DNA of 63,857 nucleotides, filler included, from Craspedostauros australis (lineage: Eukaryota): the NCBI GenBank assembly GCA_030167865.1. It is 6 parts of 6 records of this genome, joined end to end, with 100 filler letters (N's around TTAATTAATTAA, not from the genome) between each part and the next. Parts side by side here need not be neighbours in the genome. Positions count along the whole stretch, not along the records: positions 21,336 to 52,422 come from JALAGF010004320.1; 5 more parts are not named here. The stretch is one strand, 5' to 3'. The notes beneath the pieces were generated by a model. It did not search any database and had not been told where the DNA came from. It was given only the letters and a program-made list of their open reading frames with translations. Below, one piece after another: positions 21,964-33,817 of the stretch (position 1 is the stretch's first letter; the number at the start of each line of letters is the position of its first letter). Both the position numbers and the translations under genes were made by a program.

Positions 21964-22785
21964 ATGATGATCCGCTCCCTCTGCCTTGTGGCCATCATGG
22001 GGTGCTCCACAGTTGCATTTGCCCCCGTTGCGACGAATGTTGCGCAAGCCACCCTGCCTTCTGACGTAGTGGACACATCATCGCGACATGTGTCATCAGT
22101 TGGACCATTGCGCATGTCGTCTGCATCCACAACGAAGCCACAGAACACGGTCATGTCTCGACGGCGAGAACTTCTGTCACGCGACGGACCCTACTTTGCG
22201 TTGGAACGACGCAAGGGCGACATCAAGTTCGGTGCCACCGCGGCGTTGGTAACCGAACTTCGGGACGAGGCCGACCGAGAATCCATCGTGGAGTGGCTCA
22301 AGGATGAGAGGTCGTTGGCCATGTCCATCTGGGATGAAGATCTGACGACGGAGTTGGGGAATTCCATCTACCGGCTACGCACCATGAATTTGCAGTTCGT
22401 CACGCTGAAGCTCGCGCCCACCGTCGACATCAAGATGTGGACCGGATTGGTTCGGAACGATCCCAACCTGCCGGTGTTTGCGTTGCAATCCGTCGCATTC
22501 GATCCCCAAGTCGAGATTCTCCCAGGCATGTCGATATCTCCGGAGGCATTGGGAATTGAGATTGAGGTGGTCGGTGAGCTACGCGCGTCTGATGACGGGA
22601 AGGGCTTGACGGGGAAGATATCGTTCGAATCAGGTGGCAAGCTCCCCGCTCCAATGAGGCTGCTTCCGGAGGGTGTGCTGAATGCAGCGACGGCCACCAT
22701 CAACCAGACGGTCGTCAACTTCGCCATCAAGAGTTTCGAGAAAGGGGCGATTGCGAAGTATCAAGAGCACCTCGAATCGAAATGA
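21964..22785 (+). CDS. DUF1997-like plastid-targeted protein; copy 2 (same locus as 17106-17927)
   Basis: Translation identical to the minus-strand copy. Confidence 0.65.
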   Translation: MMIRSLCLVAIMGCSTVAFAPVATNVAQATLPSDVVDTSSRHVSSVGPLRMSSASTTKPQNTVMSRRRELLSRDGPYFALERRKGDIKFGATAALVTELRDEADRESIVEWLKDERSLAMSIWDEDLTTELGNSIYRLRTMNLQFVTLKLAPTVDIKMWTGLVRNDPNLPVFALQSVAFDPQVEILPGMSISPEALGIEIEVVGELRASDDGKGLTGKISFESGGKLPAPMRLLPEGVLNAATATINQTVVNFAIKSFEKGAIAKYQEHLESK

Positions 22786-23045
22786 ATTCCATGCAGCAGG
22801 AACAATCTGGATTCGAAATCAAATCGAAAGTACAACACCTTATCTATGTGGTAGTATTTGGAGAGATTGATCCAGCCTTTGTCTCTTCTAGAGATTCATA
22901 CAGACACATATTCCTAGGTTAGCTTCATTGTACCACATCGTGCAGCTTCCAAGCCATCTTGTTATCTCCACTCGCAGGAGCGGGAGGCCGAAACACTGCA
23001 AGGTCCTTCCGTCATCTTGCAACTTATGAATCTGGTACACATGCA

Positions 23046-24752
23046 CTAGTATATTCGGATGGAAAGAAGCGCCGATCTCATCGTGCTCATGATGAAAGCG
23101 AGGAACGCTTGCAGCTCCGGCAGTTCTTCCTCCAGAATCCAGGCGAAGGTGAGGACGTTGGCGGCGATGCTGCAGCACAACCAAAGCCACTCGCTTCTGA
23201 CCCGCTGCGGCGTTTTGGACACGTACGCTCCGAAGCGGGTCTTTGCAACCTTTTGGGGAAGCTCGGCTGACTTCCAGACGGATTGAATGCCTTCAATACC
23301 AAGATTGCTGTAAAGGCAACCCACGAGGATGAGAACGGAACCCAACGCAGCGCCGGCTCCGAGTTGCTCTCCCATCACAACAGATGCGAACGCCGTTCCG
23401 AACAATGGCTCCGTTGAGAAAATGAGCGTCGTCTCGGCAGCTGTAAGCGTCCGCAGGGCCTGCGTCTCCATCAGGATCGTGAGGCCTGTGGTTATCAAAC
23501 CCGTCCAAATGATACTCAGGATGATGGAGGGGGACGTCAACCATTCAGCCCATGGGTACGACTGCAGCATCGCAACGTCTGTCGACCACACAGCGTATCC
23601 AGCCGATGCAAGAGCGACGGCCAAGAGCTGCGCGGCTGTGGTACGGCTGGCCTGGCCTGGAAATCTATTCATGGCGCTTTCGACTCTCCAAAAACCGATG
23701 CCAAAAGCAAGGGGTTGGATGAAAGATAGCAGATCACCCCGTGATAGCAAGGGCTCTCCACTTTGCAGCTGTCCACCACCAAGTTCCAGCATGCCAACCC
23801 CAAGCACGGCCAGCATCGCCCCAGCCCATTCTCGACTCTTGAGCTTCTTGCCTGTTGCGAACTCAATGAGCGGCACAGTGACGACGGCCAACGAGCAGAT
23901 GAAGGCCGACTTCGATGCGTCCGTAGTTTCCAAACCGATAGCCTGTGCGATGTACCCAATCGAATTCCAGAGGCCGACCTCAAATCCCAACCACGCAGCT
24001 GCGACCGTGTCCTGCAGGGAGACATCCTCTTTTGGATTTGGCAACAGCCACGGGAGGCCCGCCAACGACGCCAGTCCGAATCGAAGAGTGGTGCTGACAC
24101 CAATCGGCAACGAGTCACCGAGTAGTTTGACGAGCGAGAAATTGGTTCCGTACAATGCTGCGGACGCGAGCAACAGCAACCGCGCTCGCCAAACATCTGA
24201 AGGATCTCTGTTGGTTGCTTCGCCTTTGGATGCAAGCGCTTGCTCGTCCGAACTGCCCTTGTTCATGCCGCCGGAGTTGCTATCGTTGTGTGCATCTCCT
24301 TCGTACGAGTACCGTGATGTTTCACAGCTCGTTCCCTGGTCTTTGTTGGATGAGTATGCATCCAGATGCGCCCGTTCATCGTCAGAATCACGCGAGTCGA
24401 ATTTGATGGCATTGTTCGTGTCAATGTCCATCTGCATCTGGCACTCGCCCGCTTGCGCACTATGAGTGGAAGTTGCGGAGACTGATGTGGCTGATGACAC
24501 CGACGATGATCGTGACACAGGCCTTGATGGCCGTGACATGGAGTCGTGTTGGAGCCGCGATCCGTTATCGCCTCTGGCTGACGCAAAGAGGCCTGAAGGC
24601 GAAGCAAAATGGGACAGCCCAGGTTTGCAGACAGAGCCACCGCGCTGGAGCGAAGGCCGGTGAGGGCATGTGGAAGACATCGTGAAGGGTGTGACTGTGT
24701 CAGCGCCGAGCCGACAGACTACGAACAGAAGGAGGCTGGATTTGACCATCAT
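23046..24752 (-). CDS. EamA/DMT-family transporter, probably plastid-targeted
   Basis: Signal peptide plus long Ser-rich leader, then many TM helices with LYGTNF, GLETTDASKSAFICSLAVVTVP and AAETTLIFSTEPLFG motifs. Confidence 0.88.
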   Translation of the reverse strand: MMVKSSLLLFVVCRLGADTVTPFTMSSTCPHRPSLQRGGSVCKPGLSHFASPSGLFASARGDNGSRLQHDSMSRPSRPVSRSSSVSSATSVSATSTHSAQAGECQMQMDIDTNNAIKFDSRDSDDERAHLDAYSSNKDQGTSCETSRYSYEGDAHNDSNSGGMNKGSSDEQALASKGEATNRDPSDVWRARLLLLASAALYGTNFSLVKLLGDSLPIGVSTTLRFGLASLAGLPWLLPNPKEDVSLQDTVAAAWLGFEVGLWNSIGYIAQAIGLETTDASKSAFICSLAVVTVPLIEFATGKKLKSREWAGAMLAVLGVGMLELGGGQLQSGEPLLSRGDLLSFIQPLAFGIGFWRVESAMNRFPGQASRTTAAQLLAVALASAGYAVWSTDVAMLQSYPWAEWLTSPSIILSIIWTGLITTGLTILMETQALRTLTAAETTLIFSTEPLFGTAFASVVMGEQLGAGAALGSVLILVGCLYSNLGIEGIQSVWKSAELPQKVAKTRFGAYVSKTPQRVRSEWLWLCCSIAANVLTFAWILEEELPELQAFLAFIMSTMRSALLSIRIY

Positions 24753-25603
24753 GGTGAGGGAGAACGTTGCTTGGATGAAAGTAGAGTTGGGTATGAGTGA
24801 GCGTGAGCGCGAGCGTGAGAGTGGCCTGGTGCTGCTGTTGCTGTTGTTCCACTTTGCGTGTCTTGAAATGTGCTGATGCCCGTCGGACAGGAGGAATGAT
24901 CTGTCCTGTGCTGACGCCAGCAACAAGCAGTGTCCCACCAGCGTTTTGTCAAACACCGATCAGTGGTCAGTTCCTGCGTGTTCGTTTTTCCGCGGTTGGC
25001 TTGACACTTGGAGGGGGCCGAGTGCCTATTGTGCACGTGCATTTGCATGGAGTTGGCTTGCATCTGTTTGTCTCTGTGTGTGATTGCCCTTCGTTCGCCT
25101 CTGTGTTCTCTCACACTTTCTTTCTTCCTCTCTTCTTTGTGTTCGTGGTTGTGGGTGGGTCGATGACGGGTTCGTGTTTGCGAGAGTTTGTGACATGGCG
25201 CGATCCATCAAAGCCCATCAACAAGTCGCAAGATTTGGACGACAGATGTCAAAACAGATCCGGCCTCAGCCAATCATCATCCTCGTAAGTTGAAGTTATC
25301 TTCTCCAAAGAACACATTCCACGTTTTCGCATGTTCGCCGCGAAACAGATGCTAGCGATGCAAAAATAGGTCACTGGTTCATCGGTGCATTTGCTTCGAT
25401 GCCGCTCACAAATGCACCACAAACATGGAGCAGTCGTAGGGTACAATAAGACTGCCGTGTATGGTATGGTATATATTATACAATAGTATTATGTAATGTT
25501 ACATTCAATTGGTATGTTTGTGTGATGGACAAGGACTCGCCCACAAGGTACAGGTGAGCGTTGCATCCAATCCATCGCCTAGAGGGGGAGGGGGGCAACC
25601 AAA

Positions 25604-28600
25604 TCAGTCTCTACGATCCATGCCGCTCTGGATGTATTGCAAGATGGAACCAAAGCGATCGGCAGCAAAGACGGTGTCAAAGCGGTACTTGTGCAGGAAG
25701 TCCCTGGCGACATACTCCCAAGTTTCTCGCTCCTGTGCCTGTTTGGGGTCGACATCGTTTGGTGTGATCTCCATCATCTTGTACGCGTCCTCGATCTCGT
25801 CTCGGAATGCCTCGCAGACGAATTCACCCAGCTTGGGTGGCAGACGGTAGCGAACGACGTATTCCACGCCGAAGAAGGCGATCGTGGCGAACAGGGCCAT
25901 CGAAACGCTCCCAAGAGCGACGTAGAATGGAAGCTCGACAGCAGCGTCGATCTCGTCGTCATACGCTTGGACGGCAAGAGCCCAGGGCAACGAAACAGCG
26001 GCGCCAGTTGCCGCTGTCACCCGCAGTGTGGTGAGGCAGATCTGAGTCATCGTGACCGTCCTGACGAGAGAGATATTCTCCTTCGAGAGGGCAGTGGGCG
26101 CCTCGGATACCTTGTTGCCAAGCACGCTCCACAATCCCAGCAAGATGACTAGTTTGCGCAGCAGGTGAAAGATGGCAAGGACTGCTCCGACAGTGGATGC
26201 CAACAGCGCCCATGCACCTGCTTCTTCCACTCTGGTCGGTCCACCGGCTCTGCCAACGATCCTGGCGATTGAGAAGATCCAGGACGCCGTGAATACGAGG
26301 AAGCCCGACATGAACACCAGCGATGCGATTTCGCTTTCGCGTGTTGCGTGGTACAGCTGGTAAAGATCCTGCACCTTGCGTCGCATGATCTCGCCACCTG
26401 CGATCTCCGACAGTTCCTTCGCTTGCATGGCGATGCCGAGAGACTCTGTTTGGATCGGAGACAGCGGCATGGGGCCCTCCGCCGATGCGCAGCAGAACAT
26501 GTTGTAGAAGTACCGGACCGCGACGGTGCAGTCCCAGTGCCAGAATCTGCGCTGCTTGAGGAAACCGAATCGTGTCGGTCCCCGCTGGAGAGAGGTTGCC
26601 AAGATCGAGCTGAACCGATTCAACCTGTAGAACAGATGGGCTGCTTCGACGCGATGCGTGGAGTTGCTCTTCTCCGATGTGGATGACAGCATCCGCTGCA
26701 TCTCGTCGCAGCCGCGATGGATGTTAACCAGATGCTCCTGAACGTACGAGTTCTTGTGATACACTTCAGTGATGAAGTACGTCGTCAGCAGTCGATCGAA
26801 TTCATCCAAAGCGGTGGGGTCGTTCCTGTTGTGTTTGAACTCGTTGTACACCTCCACGAAAGACTTCGGGTCTTCTTCGCCGTAGTACTTGACTGCATCG
26901 ATGAATTTCTGAACCTCCGCGTCCATGTGCGCCAAGAAAGGGTTGAGCCTCTCCGGTACGCCCTGCCGTTCCGTGTTGCCCATGAGACAGAACGCCGCTT
27001 TCTTCACGCCCTGAAATTTGGCGTCGTGGAATACAATCCTCGCCTCCTCGTTGCGGATCTTGTACTGAGACACGTTGGCCATGGTGCCGAAGGACAGGAC
27101 GATACTCAGAGCACCGACGATGGCAGAGATGATCCCTGCCACATCGTTCCCATCACCCAGAATGTCGATGAGGTTGAATGCGACCGCGCCTGCAGAGAAG
27201 GCCGATGCCAGGGTGAGCGAGTTGGCGAAGTTCTGTGCCTGCACGGCAAAGTCGTCGACGATGGAATCGACGGACTTGGGCTGGACGTAGATGTGGGATG
27301 CCATGCGTTTGTTGTACAAAGCCGCCTTGGTTGCGAAGTCCATGATCTGATCCACGGTGTCCTCCAAGCATTTTGCAACTTCGCAATGATACTCTGCCAA
27401 TCGAAGAAGTGCGTCATTCTCGATGCCATCGATGTCAGCCATGAATTCGCTCCAATACATGGCAGCTCCGAGCTCCTGTCGTCTGTGCACCATTTCTTGC
27501 TTGCGCTGCAGCAGCGCCTCCTCGAGCCCTGCGCTGGAAATCGTCTTGTCCGCCTTGACCTCCGCCACGAGCTTGTTGAAGATAATATTCTGCGTGATCT
27601 CGTAGAACGAATGTCGGAACATTTCGTTCAGCTCCATCCCTTTTGGGATGAGGGAGGCCGCGAACTTGCTCTTCCAATCGTTCGACAGGACCTTTCGCAT
27701 ATCCTGCTTGGTCTCCATGAACTCGATCACCTTGGAGTGCAGGTAATCGATGCCTTTCTCGTATTCGAATCCTGGTCGAAGAAATCCGTCCCGGCCGTAG
27801 TTGGTGCCGCATCCCCTGGTGACGACTTCGCTGTTGGACCAGTTGGTTTCTTTCGAGTACGTGCGGAATCGATCTTCGAACGAAGTGCCATGGATTGCTT
27901 TCTTGATGAATTCGTTGAACAGCATGGCGTTGATGCATGCGCCGGTGAGTCCGCTGTAGCGCATGAAGTGCGGTGTGGACTGCTCATCGCCGACGAAGGC
28001 AAACACGTATCCCTTCGCTTCGTTGTTCAGGCGCACGGTGCGGTAGTTCACGTAGTGGCTGACGGGGAAGGTCGCCAACGCGACTTTGGATTCCTGGTTA
28101 CCATCGGGGTTCCTCGTCAGATTTCCTTCCCTTCGCACCATGGTGTCTCTCTTCATTTTGGAGATGTAGCCTTCGACGTTGCGTGCCAGAATGCGCTTGC
28201 GTTCCTTGATGATGACCTCATACATCTCCTGTGGACGGTCGCTCACGCGGAAGCTTTCTCCGACGGGGAGAGTGGACAGCTCGACATCTTCGTACGAATT
28301 GATGATGTAGATCCTTGGTACCCTCTTGCGTGCTCCTGGGTTGTAGACATCCCCATGCCGAATGGTCTCCAAACAGGCGTCGTACCAGAGGCGGTCGATG
28401 TGGTGGGCGAAGACATTCTTCAATCTGTCGATACTCTTCTTGTGATCGTCCGCCTTGTACTTGAGGCGCAAGCCGGTCACGAGTTCCTCGGCGGTTTCGG
28501 TCTTCCAATGTTCATACTCGCGGCAGAACTCCATGCCCAGGTAGTAGTTGTCCCCCGTCTCGAAGAATCGCGTTTGGAGAGTCTGTCGTTGGAACGTCGG

Positions 28601-31600
28601 CGAAAGGTCGGCCAGCAGCTTGGTCGCCTTCACGAGCTTGGGAAAGACAGGATCGAACTCGTTCAGGTCGTGATATCTGGATTCGTCGGCGAGCTTGGCG
28701 AAGTGAAGCTGCCAGTCCGTGTCATCTCTCATGAACTCGTACATGCGCTTGCAGACGAGCCGCTGGCGGACCATCTTGGTGAAGTCGCCGATGATGCGCG
28801 TGTTCTGGTCGTTCGTTGATCGGAAGTCATCCAAGAGGCCTTGGCCCCATCGCTTCTCGCCGAAGTTGTGCATGCCAAGCGAAATCTTCAATCCCTGAAT
28901 GCAACAGACGCCGTATGGCTCCTCGGTGGTTGCGGTGAAGTGGACCTTGGACCCGTTCGGTTTTCTGAGAGGATTGTGTTCGGAATGATTCAGCATACGA
29001 GTACATGCGCCATCATGGAAGCGAGCCAAGATGAAGGATGGGACAGAGCATGAGTGGAGCGTGCACGATTATTCAATAGTTGGCGTGTGAGTGTCGATGA
29101 GCGAGATGGCCGATACAGAGATTGCCGAGAAAGGAGCAGGCCGCCTCAGAACAGAGGTGCAGCATGCCAGGTACAACGCATTGTCAAGCTTCCGGCCTCA
29201 ATCCCGAGGTGCACTTACCCGATGCATTCAACAACGTGTGTGTGGCCGACGTCGAGGCTGAATTTCTCCTTGCGGATAGACTTCATGGCCAGCTCGTCTC
29301 GTGCATAGCCACCAGAAAGACCCTTCTGCACGCATTCCAGAATCACATGGCTGACATCCGCGTGGCGCGAGGTGCCCTTCGGGTAGACCGATGGCAGGTT
29401 GTGTGCCGTGGCCTTGAGATCCGACACGCCCTTCTTGAGGGCGGTGAAAGAGTACGTGCGAGAGATGAGGTCAACTCCTGTGAGCTTGAAGGGTAGCACT
29501 GCGCCTTCCAATCGAATATATACGCCGTACTCGACACCGATCTTCAGGTCGTCCAGGCCCAATGGCTGTGTGTAGATGAGGTCGGCAACCTTCCAGGACC
29601 AATATTCCTTTGACGGGGCGCCATTGGGATCGTGGCGGCGGAGAATGCGGTCGTCAATCTTCAGCGCATCGCCAAGCTTGATGAGATTGTTCGTTGACAG
29701 ATCGTAACGGGTCTTCGAGTTGGTGAAACACTGGATCACGCCCTTGGACCAAAGCTTGGACACTTCCACATGCAGCATGTTCTCCAGGTCCTTGATCGTG
29801 ATTTCAACGAATCCTTGGGAGGCTCTGTGTAGGCATTATGGTTGTCAGTATCAGAGTGTCCAGGGTACACATGGCGAGACGTGATTGACGTTGGAAATTG
29901 TTGTTGTTGTTGGCGGTGGTGGTGACGACAGCGATGGTACGTGGAATGAACGCAGGCGAGACGAGTGAGATGGCGAAGATCATGAAGCAGTAGATTCGGT
30001 TGTAGTGGACACCACATCCACAGCCATACACGCATACACGTCCGCATGCACAACATCAGCAGCATCATTTGAATCCAAGGCATGCGCGATGCAAGAACGA
30101 AGCTGAAATGCAAGCGAAAGGCATCATGCCAAATCACATCCACGACACTTACAGTGTATTGCCCAGCTGCGCATCGGTTTCGCCTGACGCAGGGATGAAG
30201 ACATCCTCGAAACCCGTTCCGAGATGGTACCGCAGCATGGCGATCCATCGTGCATCCAACCGAACGATTTGCGCCCGTTCGAATGTCGAACCGCCCTTCG
30301 TGAATGCATCTCGTGCTTCGTACAGCTTCATTTTGCCTCCGCTGACGAGGACGTTCTCGGTGCAGTGGATGGTGGTCATGAGGCCGGTGGGGCCACCTCC
30401 GATCACGATCATGGACTGCGGTGGCACCTTAACGATCTTCGTGCGTGCCAACGCCACCCACTCAGGATCGACCGGCGTGAACTTCTTGTGGCACATGAAT
30501 GGCTGATATTCCTTCGTTCGCGAGTTGTACGTGAAGTACTGCCTGCCTGGCTCCAAGTCTTGCAGTGCCACCTGCACCTGATTCGATCGTTGGACTTCGC
30601 GCAGGACATTGAGGCGAGCGTTGTCAAGCTCTTCGCAGCACAGCTGCGACAGGACCATCAACCGCCGCAACGCGATCCTGAGGTACGTGAATTCCATGAA
30701 GGCGTTGTACTTGAACTTCTTGCCTTGCTCAAGTTCCATGTACATGTAGGCACGCTGCGCACGCGTGACCGCTTCGGCCACTGGCACGTAGGCTCTGCAG
30801 CGCACGGATCCGTTGTGGAGACGAACGAAGCGCTCCAGGCCGGAATCGACGTGGACGAAGCGATGCAAGTCCCTTCCAGTGACCTTCGCGTCGTAGATGT
30901 ACGCGGCACGCTTCTCGCCTTCCTCCAGCCAGTACCATTCGTCATGCACGACTTCTTCGACGTAGTCGCCCTGCGACAGCTCGCGGATGGCCTCGTTCAG
31001 GAACTCGCGACGCATGCCACGCTGCAGCAACGTTTTAACACGGCCGAGCAACAGCTGACATGGTCGCGTCTTGACGAGCTTGTTCTTGACGAGTTCCATG
31101 AGCGTGCGCTTGTCACGTGGGGTCGTGAGCAGCAACGCACCGCGGATGCGCCGCTCGCTGACGTTGGGACCTGGGTTCTTTCCCTTGAGGTGATTGATGA
31201 TGCCCTTCTTCAGGTCTTCATCCGATGGGATCTTCCACGCGACCTGCGTCATGAGGTCGTGGCCAAGCCGGATGCCAATCTCGACGGCTGTGACGGCCTG
31301 GTACACCTCCTGCGCCTCTTGCTCGATCAATTCGCACGCCTGCAGTATGGCGTCCAACCACGAGCGCAGGGGATCGATGACGGATGCCACGCCAGCGCAC
31401 AGATTGGTGACGATTTTGTCCTGCATGTCGCGCACGAGGGTCTTGCAGCCATCCGATTTGCTGCTGGGCTGGAGTTCCTGACAGTGCCTGACGAATGGCC
31501 CCAGCACGGTGGCGTCCCATCGATTGCGGCCGCGCAACGATGACAGGACGACGCAGACCGCCGGCATGTGGAATCGCATTGCTTCGAAGGGATCCAGCTG

Positions 31601-33817
31601 TTCCATGCGCTGATGGGCGAAGTTGCCGGACGGTTGGTCGAGCATGCTGTGCCAATGCCAGGCTACTTGGTACAAGGTGTGGACGACGCCGTTGTTGACC
31701 ATCGTTGGAATGGGCTGCGCGACGAACGTGCGCAGGATAGACTCGTCCGTTGGCAGGCGATGGTCGAGGCGGAATTCGTTCGTTTTGATGCGCCCAAAGT
31801 AGGTGCCGTACTGGTTCCTGTTGGCCAATTCGAAGCCGTTGGATTCCGCGGCCAGGTTCTGCGCGATGGTGGAAGGATTGTCGGTGAGCAATCCTTCGCG
31901 GCCCTGCGTGATCACCCTGGTGATCCAGTTGCCGGGGCCAAGAAGGAGCCTCGTGATGCTGGCCAGCGCATGGTCCCTCGTGGCCGGAAAGTTCTCCGTG
32001 GCTGGGAACGAGGTGATGCCCACAAAGGGGAGCTGCCCCCATCCATCGAACCATCGATTCCACGTGATCTGGGTGTGCCAGTGCCAGAAGAAGTCCCATC
32101 GCGGCAGGATGGTCTGCACGAGGATGCGGCTGACGTTGCGGTTGCTGAAGGCGATTCGCAGGATGTAGTCCACGTCCCTGCGGCTCTCCAGATCCATGGC
32201 CTCGATGACCTGTCCCAGGACGTAGGATTCGTAGCCGGTGAGGAATGGCAGGAAGAGCTGCAGCTGGCGCGTGACACGCGCACCGGACATGGGATCGAAG
32301 GTGTTGCAGAGCAAGCGGCGCAAGATGCCACGCCAGGCTCCGCCGAACGTACCAATCTCGCTGCTGACCTCGAAGTCCCGCACGCTGCCTTCGTACAAGC
32401 GTTCGCGCAGAGAAACGGCGCGTTCCGCGAAGAAGAGGGAATCTTCCTGCGCCGCCGGTGCGGTCGTCTTGGCTGCGGTGACAACGAGCGCACCGGCGTT
32501 ATCCATCTCCTGGTAACGCTTGGAATCCAGGAAGTGCTGCTGCGACACGACGATGGATGTTCCGTTCTCGATATCGAGCAGGCGCTTGGGTGCAAAGCTC
32601 TGGACGCGGTCCAACGCCTTGACTTCGGGATCGTTGAGGTTGGTGTAGGTGTCGGCGCGCTGCTGCGACTTCCACGCACCGTAGGAATCGTCGTAGGATG
32701 GCAGGGATTCGTTGCTGAGCGTGTGTCCCGATTGCAGACGGTGCGAAACTCGGAGACCTGCCACGGGGAGCACCGACAGCCTGACGGTCTTCTTGCCGGC
32801 GATGGTGGAGCCCGTGCGATCCAGGAGGGGTGAATCCTCCTCCGTGCGGCCAATCGGCACGCCGCTCTTCTTGACGCCGTCGCCGCTTCCGAGAGTCTGA
32901 CGCAGCCTTCCGACGAAGGAGTTGGACTGCTTGATGCGCTGCTCCTTCTTGGCCGCTGCGGTGGCTGCTGCTGCGCGTGCGGCGCGGCTGCTGTACCTGC
33001 TGCCAACGACAACGTCCTCCGCATCCCTCGCCTTAAGCAGGCTGGGGACGCTGGAGGGCGGCGGTCCTCCTGGCAGACGCGTGCCTGTGGTTCCGGCAGA
33101 CTGGATGGAGGCGGCAGATGCAACGGTGCTGCCGCCATGTTTGTTCCTATTGTTGTTCCTGTTGTTGCTGCTGCTGCCAGTCTGATTGTTTTTGTTGGTC
33201 TTGCTGCGTGGGCGCGGGGGTGGCATGATCGGCTGCGATGTGACGGCGTCGCTCGTGGCTTGGGGAGAGGCGTTGAGGTTGGCAAAGGCGGACTGAGGTG
33301 GGGCGGGACGCATGGAGGTGTCGGAGAGCAGCATCGTGGAAGATGCCTGGGTCTGTCCCATGCGCGATGACTGGCTGGACCCCAGCGGGGCATTCATCTC
33401 GGCAGTCCGGAATGCTCCTCGTGGCGGAGTCTGCGCTTGAGCTTGAGCCTGCGCTTGAGCCTGAGCTTGGACTTGACGCTGAGCAGGAACAGGAACTCCA
33501 CCAATGTCTGGCTGGCTGATGGCATCGACCGATGGACCCCTGGTGGCAGTTGACATGAGGGAGGCCACGGAAACGGGGGCCTGGATGCTGGAGGATGACT
33601 GTCTCTCTTGCGGATCTCGCTGCTGCTGCTGCTGCTGTTGGCTCATCATCTGGCGGCCTCCGCTGGCAGGCGCGTTGGCTGGCATCCGACCGACGGGCAG
33701 AGTGCTGCGGCCAACGGAGCTGTTCAGGTCGATCGTTGAGAAGCGGTCCTGGTTGCGAGATGGGTCTCCGCGAAAGGCCTCATCATGGAACTCGTCGTTC
33801 GAGTGAGAGGACGACAT
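25604..33817 (-). CDS. Very large (~2543 aa) FAD-dependent monooxygenase-like (MICAL-like motifs) protein with multi-pass membrane C-terminus; exons 33817-30153, 29824-29219, 28964-25604
   Basis: Two canonical GT-AG introns join three long ORFs in frame (7632 nt). Rossmann IVIGGGPTG...KLYEAR, FERAQIVRLD, VEITIKDLENML and AFVGDEQSTPHF...SGLTG. About 6-7 hydrophobic helices in the last ~550 aa and a disordered Q/S/A-rich N-terminus. Confidence 0.75.

Noticed and set aside
21964..22785. Second DUF1997 gene as a real duplication or foldback element
   Set aside because: Identical copies bounded by contig ends indicate assembly overlap.
26717..28819. 700-aa plus-strand ORF (and 30224-31543, 31568-32833)
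   Set aside because: Antisense shadows of the codon-biased minus-strand flavoprotein gene; no recognisable motifs.
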